The notes below the pieces were generated by a model, which worked only from the letters and a program-made list of their open reading frames with translations, ran no database searches and had not been told where the DNA came from. Below are positions 10,720 to 21,573 of a DNA stretch of 64,000 nucleotides, piece after piece. The translations under genes and the position numbers were made by a program. The DNA comes from Barthelona sp. PAP020 (Eukaryota), in assembly GCA_040182905.1 (NCBI GenBank), contig JARQWU010000023.1, positions 1-64,000 on the forward strand, read 5' to 3'. Each line of letters starts with the position of its first letter. Within the stretch, counting starts at the first letter, position 1.

Positions 10720-11150
10720 GATTGTAGCAAACTTCCCAAGTGCAATTTCTTTTTTATTTTTCTTCTTGTACGAACCTTTTCCAGAACTTTCCCAAATTAG
10801 AGACTGGGAAAACTTAGTTTATTGATAAACAATAAACCTTAATCTTTATTCTTTTGGGTGGTCCAGCGTTCCTGAAAGGAACCTCTCTTTTTTGGGACCT
10901 ACTCTTTCATAGGCTTTCGTAGGAGAGCTACGCCCTATGCTGGATGTGAAATACTGCATTACTAATTGCTCAAAAGAGCTTAAAGCTCCAATATTTTTAA
11001 AAATATATCCTAATTGTGCAAGTTTTCATGCATTCACCGTGGCAGGTCAAAAATTTGGGGTAAGGTTAAGGAAAAGTTCCGTACCTCGAGGGAAAAAGTA
11101 AGAATCGGAAAATTTCGATTCGCCAAAAATAATAGGCTTGTGAACAACCC
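10720..11150 (+). ncRNA. Candidate highly structured ncRNA, family unassigned
   Basis: No ORF, raised GC, nested long-range helices and several hairpins, with wobble pairs consistently G-U on the + strand. Confidence 0.65.
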
Positions 11151-11493
11151 TCTTTTTATTTTTTTGAAGTTGAACGTAAAAATTTAAAGTTTTAACCCAG
11201 AAACAAAGATTAAAAAGGGTTAAAAGGTGTCATGCCATATTTTTTATTTTAAGAGAAAGTGAAGTTGAAAACTTGATTGAATAATGAATTCTCAAAGTAC
11301 TAAAGTTTATCAGTGATTAATGTTTTGATTATTGTTGGTATTGTCTTCAAAGCTTGAAAGTTTTGAGATAAATAATAAATAAATGAATAATGCTTTATTT
11401 TACTGTGGTAACGTACAAATTAGTAACGTTTTTATTCACAGAATACGAATTTGCACCAATTTATTGGGAAAAAATAGAAAAGAGATTTTACCC

Positions 11494-12189
11494 TCAAAAA
11501 ACAAAATTTTTGTATGTAATAACATACAGATACCATATACATACAAAAATTACCCATAAATTGTAAATAATATGAATTTTTGAAGTAAGTTCTGGTATAA
11601 CTTGTTTGAAATCGACATTGTGATTGATTTTTTTCGTTAAACCAGAATAAACACTTCCATCTGATTGAACAAATACAGAAAAAACCTTCCCAATTTTAAA
11701 ACACTTAATCTCTTGAATATTTACATTATTCTTTCCATTAATTACACTTTTTTTTTTATACAGTTGTACCATTGTTTTATAATGAAAATACGACAGAAAA
11801 GGTAAAAATAAAATAATGAAAGCTAACCAACTTACATAGGAAGAGGAATATAAAATGGACTGTCTAAAAGTGACATGAATGGCTTTTAAAAAAGAAAATA
11901 CAATGATACAATCTATTAAAATATTTGAAATTGAAAGAATACTCATGAAAAATAAATAAATTGTGCTTCTCTTCTTCGAACCACAAAATATATAATTAAT
12001 AAAATAGCTCGTTAGTATTCTTGTTAAGATATTGATAATTATTAATCCGACAATAAAATTAAATAAAGTTCGAAATCCATAAAAATATGTTGTTACAGCT
12101 TTTAATATGAAATTTAAAAGCTCAAATCCATTTAAAATCTTTAAGTAATTTAAAAAAACATTAACAACAGCAGTTTGATAATTTTTCAT
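11494..12189 (-). CDS. Hypothetical multi-pass membrane protein
   Basis: 231-aa ORF with about 5 hydrophobic segments. Confidence 0.6.
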   Translation of the reverse strand: MKNYQTAVVNVFLNYLKILNGFELLNFILKAVTTYFYGFRTLFNFIVGLIIINILTRILTSYFINYIFCGSKKRSTIYLFFMSILSISNILIDCIIVFSFLKAIHVTFRQSILYSSSYVSWLAFIILFLPFLSYFHYKTMVQLYKKKSVINGKNNVNIQEIKCFKIGKVFSVFVQSDGSVYSGLTKKINHNVDFKQVIPELTSKIHIIYNLWVIFVCIWYLYVITYKNFVF

Positions 12190-12259
12190 ATCATATGCAA
12201 AAGAATTGCAAAAAGAAAAACATTTTTAAGTTTTTTTTCTTTCCTCAAAAAGGTGACAA

Positions 12260-12871
12260 ATGACGGATGATTCAGTTACAAAAAAATACAAATGGTTAAA
12301 GAAAGAATATGTCAATTTACAAAATGAATTGAGAGAATTAAGATCTGAAAATCAATCTTTAAAGGATCAAAATACAGTATTAATGGTTGAAAAAAACTTT
12401 TTAATTGATAGATTAATTGCTTTGGAACCTACACCGGATGTTATTGATCCAAATACAAAAAGAAAAAGAAAAGTTATAGATGATGAGAACAGATGTATTT
12501 TTAAAACAGACAGTGGTAGATGTTCAACAAGAGTTCATGGAAATTTAAAATATTGTTGGCATCACGCACCTATGGACCCTGAAAGTGGTTTTGTTTATTG
12601 TAATTATGTAGATAGTTCAAAATCAACTGTAAAGCAATGTCAAAACCCTGTTCACAAAGATCAACCGATTAAAATTTGTCCTTATCACGTTAAACATATT
12701 CAAAAAATATTGACAAAAGAAAACAAAACAAAATTAACAGATGAACAGTTAGCGGCCATTGATTGGTCAAAACCTTTTGATTTGATGAACTTGGAAGAAA
12801 ATGTATCTGTGTTAACAAATAACAATGATGTTTCAGTTGAAACTAAACAAGAAATTAGTATGGAACAATAA
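12260..12871 (+). CDS. INO80E-like coiled coil plus C3H/C3H zinc-finger protein (KANSL2/INO80D-like finger)
   Basis: KKYKWLKKEY...EKNFLIDRL; C..C..YCWHH..GFVYCNY..QCQNPV..CPYH. Confidence 0.6.
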   Translation: MTDDSVTKKYKWLKKEYVNLQNELRELRSENQSLKDQNTVLMVEKNFLIDRLIALEPTPDVIDPNTKRKRKVIDDENRCIFKTDSGRCSTRVHGNLKYCWHHAPMDPESGFVYCNYVDSSKSTVKQCQNPVHKDQPIKICPYHVKHIQKILTKENKTKLTDEQLAAIDWSKPFDLMNLEENVSVLTNNNDVSVETKQEISMEQ

Positions 12872-13201
12872 ATGAAGAATTTTTTTCTTTTTGATGGATT
12901 TTAATAATACAAGGGAAACTTGATTCATTCACTGTGTTGAACCCACTTTTTCTTTATGAACGACTACTTTTCTTTTCTCTTTGATAAAACACCGTTAAAT
13001 ATTGTTTAAAAGGCTTTTCTGAAAGTTTAAATTGATTCACACCAAATTTAAATGACCTACATTTCATGTTAAAATCTTTTCCGAAACCTGCTTGCTTCTT
13101 TTTGTCCACTATGCAATCTCTATTTAATTTATACCACAATAAATAATTTAGTTTTTGAAAATCTTGAAAGAATAATAACAAAATTAATTTTTCCATTTAT
13201 C

Positions 13202-15742
13202 ATGAGTGATATTACTCGATATGCCTTTCTTAAAGTAGAAGAACTTGATGTAGATACTGTTCAAGAGATTGTCAAAATTTTATCTAAATCGGCAACTTTT
13301 AGTGAAGAAGAAATCACTACCTTATTCTTTAATTTGTCTAAATTGTTAAATACGAACGATATTGAGTTAAAAAATGCAGTGTTCATTGCTTTGCGTCAAT
13401 TGGGAAGATCTAATGAAAATGCTTTCATGCTTGTAAGCAGTTTGCTGCAAATGTTATCAGATGATCGGTCTATTATTCGTTCTATGGCTGCGAGGACACT
13501 ATCTGCTGTTGTTGATGAATCCACAATCCCGGCTATTCAAAGACAAATTCAGCAATTGTTCAATGATCCTTATCCAGTTGCTCAACAATCAGCAATTCTT
13601 GTAGGATTACGTTGTTGTGAAAAATCTGTTGAAATTGTTTCACGTTGGCAAGATGTTATTGAACAGTTATTAAAAACTACCACTGATTGGAACATTGCAT
13701 ATTTAGCTTTTTCGTTATATTTAGAGCTATGTCAAGATAATCTTAATCGTTTGGAAAAAGCTATTAATTTTCGGGCTGAAATTAGAAGTGATGCCCTCTT
13801 AGACCTAACGTTATTGAGAGCTTTTCATCGTGCTAGATTGAATGGGGCTATTTTCAGTGATCGTCTTCGTAAATTTTTGTTATCTCTTGCCGGAAGTACA
13901 GACAGTCATTATGTTTGTTTGGAAGTTGTTAAAACATTTATTGAAGTGCCAAATGCTACTGATAAGAATTATGGAGATGCAATGAATGTTCTTGCTGAAT
14001 TGGTAAAAAATAAGCAATCAGCCGTTAGATATTCAGCTCTAAAATATATTGCTGAAATTGCGAAATACCGTCCTGAATTAACTATCGGAAAGATATCTCA
14101 ATTGGAAGATCAATTAATGTCATCTATCAAGAAAATAAGGATTTATGGATTGATCGTTCTGTTGTATACAAAACCTAATTCAGTTCTTGGCAAGTGGAAA
14201 GCTTCAGAAATCTTGTTGGAAGCAAATGTTTGTGATCAAATTGAAATTTTGACTGCTGTTAAAGCTGTTGCAAAGCAAATTCCTAGTTTGAAATCTTCTT
14301 TATTAAACTTCATTGGAAGGCCTTTTCAATCTGGTAAAGCTTCCAATGAATACATGCGTGCCACATTTGATTTGATTGTTGAAATTACCAAAGATGCCAC
14401 TGATGCTGTGCGCTATAATGCCTTAACCATCATATCCAACTTGTTTGAATGTTCTCAAGAACCTGAACTTATGGTTGAAATCATTGAACAATATGTTCAA
14501 CAGATTCCTTTGTGCAAAGATGATGTGGGCAGTGATAGCAAATTAAAATGGTTAGTTCAAGTTTATCGTTGTTTAATTTTGGAAACTCCTGTTGTAAGAG
14601 CCGCTGCTGCAGACGGTTTAGCACGTATAGGTGACGAATGTCCTTCTTTAAAAGATGAATGTCTTTCTTTATTGCAAAGAAGTTTTGCTGATGAATCATG
14701 TGAAGTAAAGGATCGTTGTTTGATTGGAACAGCGGCATTGGAACTTGAAAAAACTCATGTTAGTGAACCACCACTCACTGGAATGGATTATGATGAATTG
14801 TTCAATTCTGTAAGAAATTTCTATGGTTCAGACAGCACAGAAGGTTTATTTGATATTGACAATGTTGAATTGATTGTTAACACATCTGAAGTTATTGAAG
14901 AAATGGAAGAAGTCATTGAAGAAATGGAAAAAGTTGGCATTGAAAGTTCAGTTGAGGTAGATCCTTCAGTATTTAATGTTGTTGGTGAAGGTGAAATAAA
15001 GGTTGTTGGTCCTTCAATTGAATTGACTGAAGAAAATTCAGAATATCTTGTGACATGCAAAAAATTACTAGTTAATCATTATTCTGTATTTGAATTCACT
15101 ATCCAAAATACAATGCCCGATTATTTATTGGTAAATGTCAATGTTGATTTACGTGGTGATTTGGAAATGTTGGCACAGATCCCAACACCCAAAATTGGTC
15201 CAGAATCAAGTGGTATCAGTTATGTAATTTTTGATTTGGAAAATTGCTCTCCTTTATCTTTGATTGAATATGAACCTTTTGAAATCATGCTTTCATTTAC
15301 GTCTTACATTGTTGACACTTTAACTCATGAAATTGATGGAGAAGGATTGGAAGATGAATTCGAAATTTCAACAGATTCATTAGTTTTTGATTTGCCTGAT
15401 TTTATGGCTCCAATGTTTATTGACAGTGTTGATTTTGAACAAAGAACCAATAACTTGAACAACCATTCTGAATCATTTGGCATCAAAGGAAAATCTTTGA
15501 AGAAAGTTGTCAATGAAGTTGTGGACATTTTTGGTATGACACCAATCACTGATTCTCCTGAAATTAGAGGATCCACTCAACATCGCATGAAGTTAGCAGG
15601 TATTTACACTGGTTGTACTGAAGAAATTCCTGTTTATCTTGAGTTAACTTTTGAAAAAGAATCCAAAATTATCAGAACTGGTGTTTCTGTATTTTCTGAA
15701 GACAATGAGTTGTGTGAACAATTGGTTAATCTGTTGAGCTGA
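13202..15742 (+). CDS. COPG: Coatomer subunit gamma
   Basis: Adaptin-like N-terminus, VRAAAADGLAR, EVKDR, appendage ELTEENSEYLVTCKK..FTIQNT. Confidence 0.9.
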   Translation: MSDITRYAFLKVEELDVDTVQEIVKILSKSATFSEEEITTLFFNLSKLLNTNDIELKNAVFIALRQLGRSNENAFMLVSSLLQMLSDDRSIIRSMAARTLSAVVDESTIPAIQRQIQQLFNDPYPVAQQSAILVGLRCCEKSVEIVSRWQDVIEQLLKTTTDWNIAYLAFSLYLELCQDNLNRLEKAINFRAEIRSDALLDLTLLRAFHRARLNGAIFSDRLRKFLLSLAGSTDSHYVCLEVVKTFIEVPNATDKNYGDAMNVLAELVKNKQSAVRYSALKYIAEIAKYRPELTIGKISQLEDQLMSSIKKIRIYGLIVLLYTKPNSVLGKWKASEILLEANVCDQIEILTAVKAVAKQIPSLKSSLLNFIGRPFQSGKASNEYMRATFDLIVEITKDATDAVRYNALTIISNLFECSQEPELMVEIIEQYVQQIPLCKDDVGSDSKLKWLVQVYRCLILETPVVRAAAADGLARIGDECPSLKDECLSLLQRSFADESCEVKDRCLIGTAALELEKTHVSEPPLTGMDYDELFNSVRNFYGSDSTEGLFDIDNVELIVNTSEVIEEMEEVIEEMEKVGIESSVEVDPSVFNVVGEGEIKVVGPSIELTEENSEYLVTCKKLLVNHYSVFEFTIQNTMPDYLLVNVNVDLRGDLEMLAQIPTPKIGPESSGISYVIFDLENCSPLSLIEYEPFEIMLSFTSYIVDTLTHEIDGEGLEDEFEISTDSLVFDLPDFMAPMFIDSVDFEQRTNNLNNHSESFGIKGKSLKKVVNEVVDIFGMTPITDSPEIRGSTQHRMKLAGIYTGCTEEIPVYLELTFEKESKIIRTGVSVFSEDNELCEQLVNLLS

Positions 15743-16080
15743 TCAAATTATTTTGAATGAAAATTTTGTTGTATTTTTGTCATTTATAAAAGAATTAAAC
15801 ATGTGTTTTTATTTTTGTCGTGTAAGCCCACAACAAATTTCACTAATATCATGCTTTCTGCAATATTAAACCAACAGTAAATTGAGTCAAAACAACCTTG
15901 AAATACTTTCTTTTCCAATCAACATTCAGATATTTTTTATGAAAAAAAAATTCTTTTAAATCAAATAAACATGTCAATTATCAAAAAAAAAGTCAAAAAT
16001 ATGTTGAAGAATAGTGAAAAGAATTTTAATCCAATTATTTTTGTTTTTATTTCAATGCTTTAACGACTGAATATTAATTA

Positions 16081-19000
16081 ATGGAAAATAACAAAATAAC
16101 TGAATTTATTGATAAGAATTTAGAAAACATTGACACAAGTGATTTGTTGTCAATACATGATTATCAAGATATAATGGTTTTAACCTATTCAACCAAATTA
16201 AAGATTATATTTAATGATGATAATTCTTATATTACCATTGAAAATATTTTAGATAAAGATTTAAATAAAACTTTAATAAAATCAATATGTATTAAACCGA
16301 AACAATTTTCACAAAAACCATATTATTGTATTATATGTTTAAAAAATGATGGTAAATTGGTAGTTTTAACTTTTAATCCATTGAATAATGATATTATTAA
16401 TCCAGACATTTCTGACCTTTTAAAAATGTACAGTGGGGAAAAAGACCATGAAGAAGATGAGGATGAGGATGAGGATGATGAGGATGATGAGGATGATGAG
16501 GATGATGACAATGAAGAAATTTGGAAATTACAATTAGTCAGTCAAACGATTTTTAACAATTATATTTTTAAGACTTTGGAGTTAATTGATGATGATGATG
16601 AACGTTCGTTACTTAATGCTGTTACTGATATATGTAACAACGATCGAGAGTATACTTTTGGTATATTAGGTGTTGATATTCATGAAAAAACTAGTTATAT
16701 TATTGAAATAGAGTTCAGAATTAACAATATGGAACATCAATTATCGGTAATAAATTCGTTTCAGTTGTATCATGAATTTGAGAACAGTTATCCACGCTCT
16801 ATTTCAATGTTTAATGATTGGATTCTGGTTGTAGAAAAACGTGGCTTGCACATGTTACATGTTGAATGGCCACATGGTTTGTTCTTAAAGAATCCAGGAA
16901 CGCTTGGGGATTTGTCTTTTGTAAAACATGTTGGAAGAATTGATTGTCTGTATTTATGTGCGGCAAAAGGTATTTTTAGAGTATATATTACCAATGCATA
17001 TCATCAAGGAAAATTTCGAGTCAGTTCTTTATATGACTATAATCGTGACGATGATAACAACTTAGATGAAGAAGATGAGGAGTTTGATATTGATAATCTT
17101 ATATTTAAAAATAAATTCCCCGTAGGTAGGGGAATTACCACCCCATTTCATGGAATACGGTCAAAAGTAATAGTTAAAACACCATTTGAAGCATTACCAT
17201 TGAGTAATATTAGGTCAGTATGTGTATTATGTGATGGATCGATTTTTATTGATGCCCAATCTTTATTGAGTCAAAGAAAAACTGAATCTGGTTTTATAAT
17301 GCATTATTGGCCTTTTGATGATACTCCCCAAATTTTAGGGAAATCTCTATTGTTATTTAGCAATAGAAATCCATTGTTTATCAAAGGAATTGAACGAAAG
17401 AGTTCTCGCATCTACATATTAATTCCAGGACAAATAGATATTGATGTCATATTGAAACAGTTACCATTTGAACATGCTTTACAATGTTGTTTATCTAACG
17501 ATTGGTCGCCAAAGGATATTATATCAAAACGAATTGAGGATGAATTAGAGAAACCAAAACCCTCATTGAGTAACATATTTTTGAGCACTAAAGAAGTAGA
17601 TTTGTTGATGATCATGTATAAACAATTATTATATTGTATTGGAGATGATAATGTTGTGAAAAGAGTGATATTGAAAGAGGAAGATAATAGACTAATTATT
17701 GAGCAAGGTATTGAAATCTGTAAACGAGACATTACGCTTATTGAAGAATTATCCATGTTGATTTCAATTTTGTATCAAGATGAACCAGAAGAAAATTCTA
17801 GTTTTATTGATTTTGAAGAACTGAACCAGTTTGAAATATTAACGAAGGAAATTTCGCCTTCAATATTGGATTGGAATTATGAAAATAGCTTTTTAACAAA
17901 TGCTCAACAGCAACGAAAGGAAAACATCAAAGAGAAAGAAGAAGAGGAAGAAGAAGAAGAAGAAAAAAAAAAAATAGATATTAGTCCGGAAGAAGAATTT
18001 TTTAAGAATATTGAGGTTGATATTGATGAACTGGCAGATTTGCCTTTTTCTACTTTATTAGATACGATAAGTAATTCATTTAGTGAAGAATTGATTGATG
18101 AAGTTTATTTATTGATAGGGTTGGTTGGTATTTATAATGAAAGAACAGAAATATTGACTCAATTATTGGAAAAAGGATTCGTTCGGTTAGAAATGATTGA
18201 GATATTTGCTAGATGTACTACAGTTGAGGCTATACAAAAAAAATTGATTGATATTTATAATTTAAACATTGAATTACCTTCCAATGCAGAAAAAGTAATG
18301 TTTTCTGGTATTCATGAGTATTATTCATTGGATAGATGGAAAGAATCAATTGAAGTTCTATTTAAAGATGGTTTCAATAATCTTATAGAAAAAAATGAAC
18401 AAAAATTGAATTTTTTTTGGAAAAATGGTTTGAAAATTATTCATATTTTAGGTAGTTTGTGTGGGTTAAATATTCCTTTGCCTAGTACTACAAATAAGAT
18501 TCAACAAAGAAATTCATTATTATTGATACAAAATTCAATGAAAGCAGAAGATTTTTTCAATGAATTATTCAGTGATTTGATGATATTTAGACTTATAAAT
18601 AACAAGATTAATGTGAGTGATGAAAATAATGATGTTAGCACTTATCAATATTTATTACAGGCAGTTGAGGTGAATATTACTGGATTGACTGATAATAGAA
18701 GCAGTAGAACATTTTCACAATCTAATAATCCAATGAATTTAATCTCTAATTTATTAAATACTTGTAGACCTTTTGAAGCTGCTGAACAAACCATATCGAT
18801 ACATTTGTCAGATGCTGTTGCTTTATGGCAACGTAATGTTGGTTCATTTGATCAATCACCCACTAAAATTCAACAAGTATTTTTAGAAAATATTTTTATT
18901 TATGCTATGTTAAAAGAATGGAATATTACCAAATTAAGAATTTTCATTGGTTTATGTTGTTTAAATCCTTGTGTTAAGATTGATTATCATTTTAAAAGGA

Positions 19001-21573
19001 TAAATGAATATTTTGAAGGTTATGATGAAACTTGGAAGGTTACAAAACATGTGAAAGAATATTTAAATCTGTTTCCTTTATGTTTTTTAAATGTTGCTGA
19101 TTTGATGACACAATTTATTCTGTTGATAAAAGAACAAGATCCTGAAAGAGATATCAGTATTATTGAAACTTGGTTGCTGAATTTTAATTTTGGACTGAAT
19201 GAATTGTTGTTGATTGATTCAAGATTACCTGACCATATAAATAACAGATTAAAAAGAGATTTTGCTAATCCAACTTTAATGTTTATTAGAGCTCAAAAAC
19301 AAGGCTTTAAGAATGAATTATTTGCTGGTGGAAGAAATCAAATAATACCAAACAATTATCAAAAGTTTTTAGAGAATCCAACTTTGGGAGAATTTTCACA
19401 GATTGCTGGAATGAGTCAAATTGAGAATCCAAAAGAAATTTTTTTGAATTCATTGACAATTAAAGATTTCTGGAGAGTCATAGCAATTATTACATTATTT
19501 GATTTAAATGTCATTTATTCTCATATTGTTACTGCTGTTTGGTATGCTATGTTATATCGTTCTGAAGATTGTGAAAAATATATAAATTTAGCATTTTTGG
19601 AAGATGATGCGTTAACTTTTGAATTGACAACTCATATTTCAAATTCAGAATTATTCAGTGAAAATAATATTGCTTCAAAAATATTTTGTTCTCAATTTAG
19701 AAAGATTGAAGAATTGTTTAAGAACAAGGATAAATCGACTTTATTTGTCAATTTTGATACTTGCAGTGCTGAAAAAAAATTTGATACTCATGTAGAGACT
19801 CAATCTTTATCTGAAATTGAAACCGTTGATAATGATTATTTTCCCCCAAGTATCAATACCACTGCTGTGAAAGAAAACATTAGTTTAAATGTTTTAAAAC
19901 AAGAATTTAGCATTCTTTCAAAACAAACGGTCTTGTGGAATAGGTATAATTTAAGATTAGCTTTCTACCACAAAGTTTTGAAAGAAATGAATAAGCACTT
20001 TCACAATAATCATTTAGATGATGTGGCATCGGAATTTGTGCAATTGTTGATCAAAGATTCAATGAAAAATCAAAAGTCTACAGAAACAGATCTATTTAGA
20101 GTTTTGTTAGGTGAACATTCCTCGAATCTATCTATGAACACTACAGATCCTAGCACTGATGAAGGTTTCAATAGCATAGGACGAGTATTAAATGAATATG
20201 ACCATAATCTATGTTTGGAAGATTACAATATTAGTTTATCAAACATAAATTGGATTGATGTCTTTAAAATTGCTTTAGTTCCTGGGATGATATCTAACAA
20301 TATGTTGAGAGCTGCTTCATCATTTTCCACGAAACATTATGCTGAACATTTTGTTGAAGCATTAACTTTTCACATCAGTAGATGTTTTTTTGAACATAAA
20401 GGTTTGAGATATTCTCAACAAGATATTGAACAAATTATTGATTCACAGCCTATCAATAGTCGTGTGAAGATTAGTGGAATGATCAATATTAAAGTTGAAG
20501 AGTTAATGAATGATATTAAAGATGAAAAAGAAAATGGTTATATTAATTTGTGTGTTAGACTTGATTTGTTATTATTATCCACAAATTTTGCATTTTCACC
20601 ACATTGTGAAGCACATAATAAGATGGAAAAAGCTCATGATTTGTTCAAACAAGCTGCAATAACGTTGTTAAATTTAGGGAGAACTTTTCAATTGGTTGAA
20701 TGTTTGGATAGGTTACCTGATATTGGTGGATTTCATGCATTTCCAGGATTATTAGAAAGATTTGCTAAATTGGAAGCTCTTGAAACGTTATCCAATGATT
20801 CTTCCGTATTACATGCTTCTTTAGCTTATATGACTGAAGCACAAGTAGCTAATGAATCTTTAACTGCTATTATGCGCAAATCCGAAAGTTCTGCTGGTGC
20901 TAAGTTAGATCTATTACATTTAAAAGAAATATTCAATCAAATTAAATTCCCCTTAAAGTCAAAAGATGCAAAAATTTTATTGAATATTGCCCAAGACTTA
21001 ATCGCAACTAGTAAGGCTTTAATTAATGGCGGGAAATATTTAGATGCTAAAAAGTCCATTAACACAACTTCTCTAATCATTTTACAGATTAGAAGACCAA
21101 ACCAAAGATTAATACATTTGAATGATAGTCAATTAATTAAATACATCAGTGAATCTCAAGATTTTGAAGATGTTTATCTCATTGCATCAGCTTATGAATT
21201 ACCTCTACCTGTATCACTTTTACCAGGTTTTTTTAACAATGTTATTATTTTGGGAAATGACCTTTATTTAAAACAATTTATTTTCCATTTCAAATTACCC
21301 ACTTTCTTTTTAGATAGTGTTTTAAAAGATTTATGTGGACTTGATGAAAGATATCGATCAAATGGATTGATGGAAAATATTTTATTAATGTTATCACAAG
21401 CACAGAATCCTTTGCAAATCAAAAACTTTGCAAAAACTTTGATCAAACACTGGCCTCATCCAAAATTGAAAAATTTGTTCAACAAGATCATGGAACAAAA
21501 TTTTAAAGAAAAGTTACCTGAAATTGAACAGGTTCGAGCTGTTATTCACACTTCATTGATTGATAAAAGTTAA
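16081..21573 (+). CDS. SPG11: Spatacsin-like large protein (AP-5 associated)
   Basis: C-terminus SLIILQIR..LIHL..FEDVYLIASAYEL..NNVIILGNDLYLKQF resembles the spatacsin C domain; 1830 aa. Confidence 0.65.
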   Translation: MENNKITEFIDKNLENIDTSDLLSIHDYQDIMVLTYSTKLKIIFNDDNSYITIENILDKDLNKTLIKSICIKPKQFSQKPYYCIICLKNDGKLVVLTFNPLNNDIINPDISDLLKMYSGEKDHEEDEDEDEDDEDDEDDEDDDNEEIWKLQLVSQTIFNNYIFKTLELIDDDDERSLLNAVTDICNNDREYTFGILGVDIHEKTSYIIEIEFRINNMEHQLSVINSFQLYHEFENSYPRSISMFNDWILVVEKRGLHMLHVEWPHGLFLKNPGTLGDLSFVKHVGRIDCLYLCAAKGIFRVYITNAYHQGKFRVSSLYDYNRDDDNNLDEEDEEFDIDNLIFKNKFPVGRGITTPFHGIRSKVIVKTPFEALPLSNIRSVCVLCDGSIFIDAQSLLSQRKTESGFIMHYWPFDDTPQILGKSLLLFSNRNPLFIKGIERKSSRIYILIPGQIDIDVILKQLPFEHALQCCLSNDWSPKDIISKRIEDELEKPKPSLSNIFLSTKEVDLLMIMYKQLLYCIGDDNVVKRVILKEEDNRLIIEQGIEICKRDITLIEELSMLISILYQDEPEENSSFIDFEELNQFEILTKEISPSILDWNYENSFLTNAQQQRKENIKEKEEEEEEEEEKKKIDISPEEEFFKNIEVDIDELADLPFSTLLDTISNSFSEELIDEVYLLIGLVGIYNERTEILTQLLEKGFVRLEMIEIFARCTTVEAIQKKLIDIYNLNIELPSNAEKVMFSGIHEYYSLDRWKESIEVLFKDGFNNLIEKNEQKLNFFWKNGLKIIHILGSLCGLNIPLPSTTNKIQQRNSLLLIQNSMKAEDFFNELFSDLMIFRLINNKINVSDENNDVSTYQYLLQAVEVNITGLTDNRSSRTFSQSNNPMNLISNLLNTCRPFEAAEQTISIHLSDAVALWQRNVGSFDQSPTKIQQVFLENIFIYAMLKEWNITKLRIFIGLCCLNPCVKIDYHFKRINEYFEGYDETWKVTKHVKEYLNLFPLCFLNVADLMTQFILLIKEQDPERDISIIETWLLNFNFGLNELLLIDSRLPDHINNRLKRDFANPTLMFIRAQKQGFKNELFAGGRNQIIPNNYQKFLENPTLGEFSQIAGMSQIENPKEIFLNSLTIKDFWRVIAIITLFDLNVIYSHIVTAVWYAMLYRSEDCEKYINLAFLEDDALTFELTTHISNSELFSENNIASKIFCSQFRKIEELFKNKDKSTLFVNFDTCSAEKKFDTHVETQSLSEIETVDNDYFPPSINTTAVKENISLNVLKQEFSILSKQTVLWNRYNLRLAFYHKVLKEMNKHFHNNHLDDVASEFVQLLIKDSMKNQKSTETDLFRVLLGEHSSNLSMNTTDPSTDEGFNSIGRVLNEYDHNLCLEDYNISLSNINWIDVFKIALVPGMISNNMLRAASSFSTKHYAEHFVEALTFHISRCFFEHKGLRYSQQDIEQIIDSQPINSRVKISGMINIKVEELMNDIKDEKENGYINLCVRLDLLLLSTNFAFSPHCEAHNKMEKAHDLFKQAAITLLNLGRTFQLVECLDRLPDIGGFHAFPGLLERFAKLEALETLSNDSSVLHASLAYMTEAQVANESLTAIMRKSESSAGAKLDLLHLKEIFNQIKFPLKSKDAKILLNIAQDLIATSKALINGGKYLDAKKSINTTSLIILQIRRPNQRLIHLNDSQLIKYISESQDFEDVYLIASAYELPLPVSLLPGFFNNVIILGNDLYLKQFIFHFKLPTFFLDSVLKDLCGLDERYRSNGLMENILLMLSQAQNPLQIKNFAKTLIKHWPHPKLKNLFNKIMEQNFKEKLPEIEQVRAVIHTSLIDKS
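16448..16510 (+). repeat. GAT/GAG trinucleotide tract encoding poly-D/E
   Basis: gatgaggatgaggatgaggatgatgaggatgat... read directly. Confidence 0.85.

Noticed and set aside
10800..11012. Group I intron-like P/Q/S look-alikes (actgggaaaa, gtccagc, aaatatatcc)
   Set aside because: No convincing R element or P7 pairing, and no host exon context
11070..11079. ggaaaagttc in the ncRNA candidate is identical to the retroelement right junction (52396-52405), suggesting a non-autonomous derivative
   Set aside because: Only 10 nt, plausible by chance in AT-rich DNA; no GTTC at the other side and no further shared ITR blocks
12954..13196. 80-aa minus-strand ORF starting 5 nt from the COPG ATG
   Set aside because: No recognisable features; cannot be distinguished from a chance ORF
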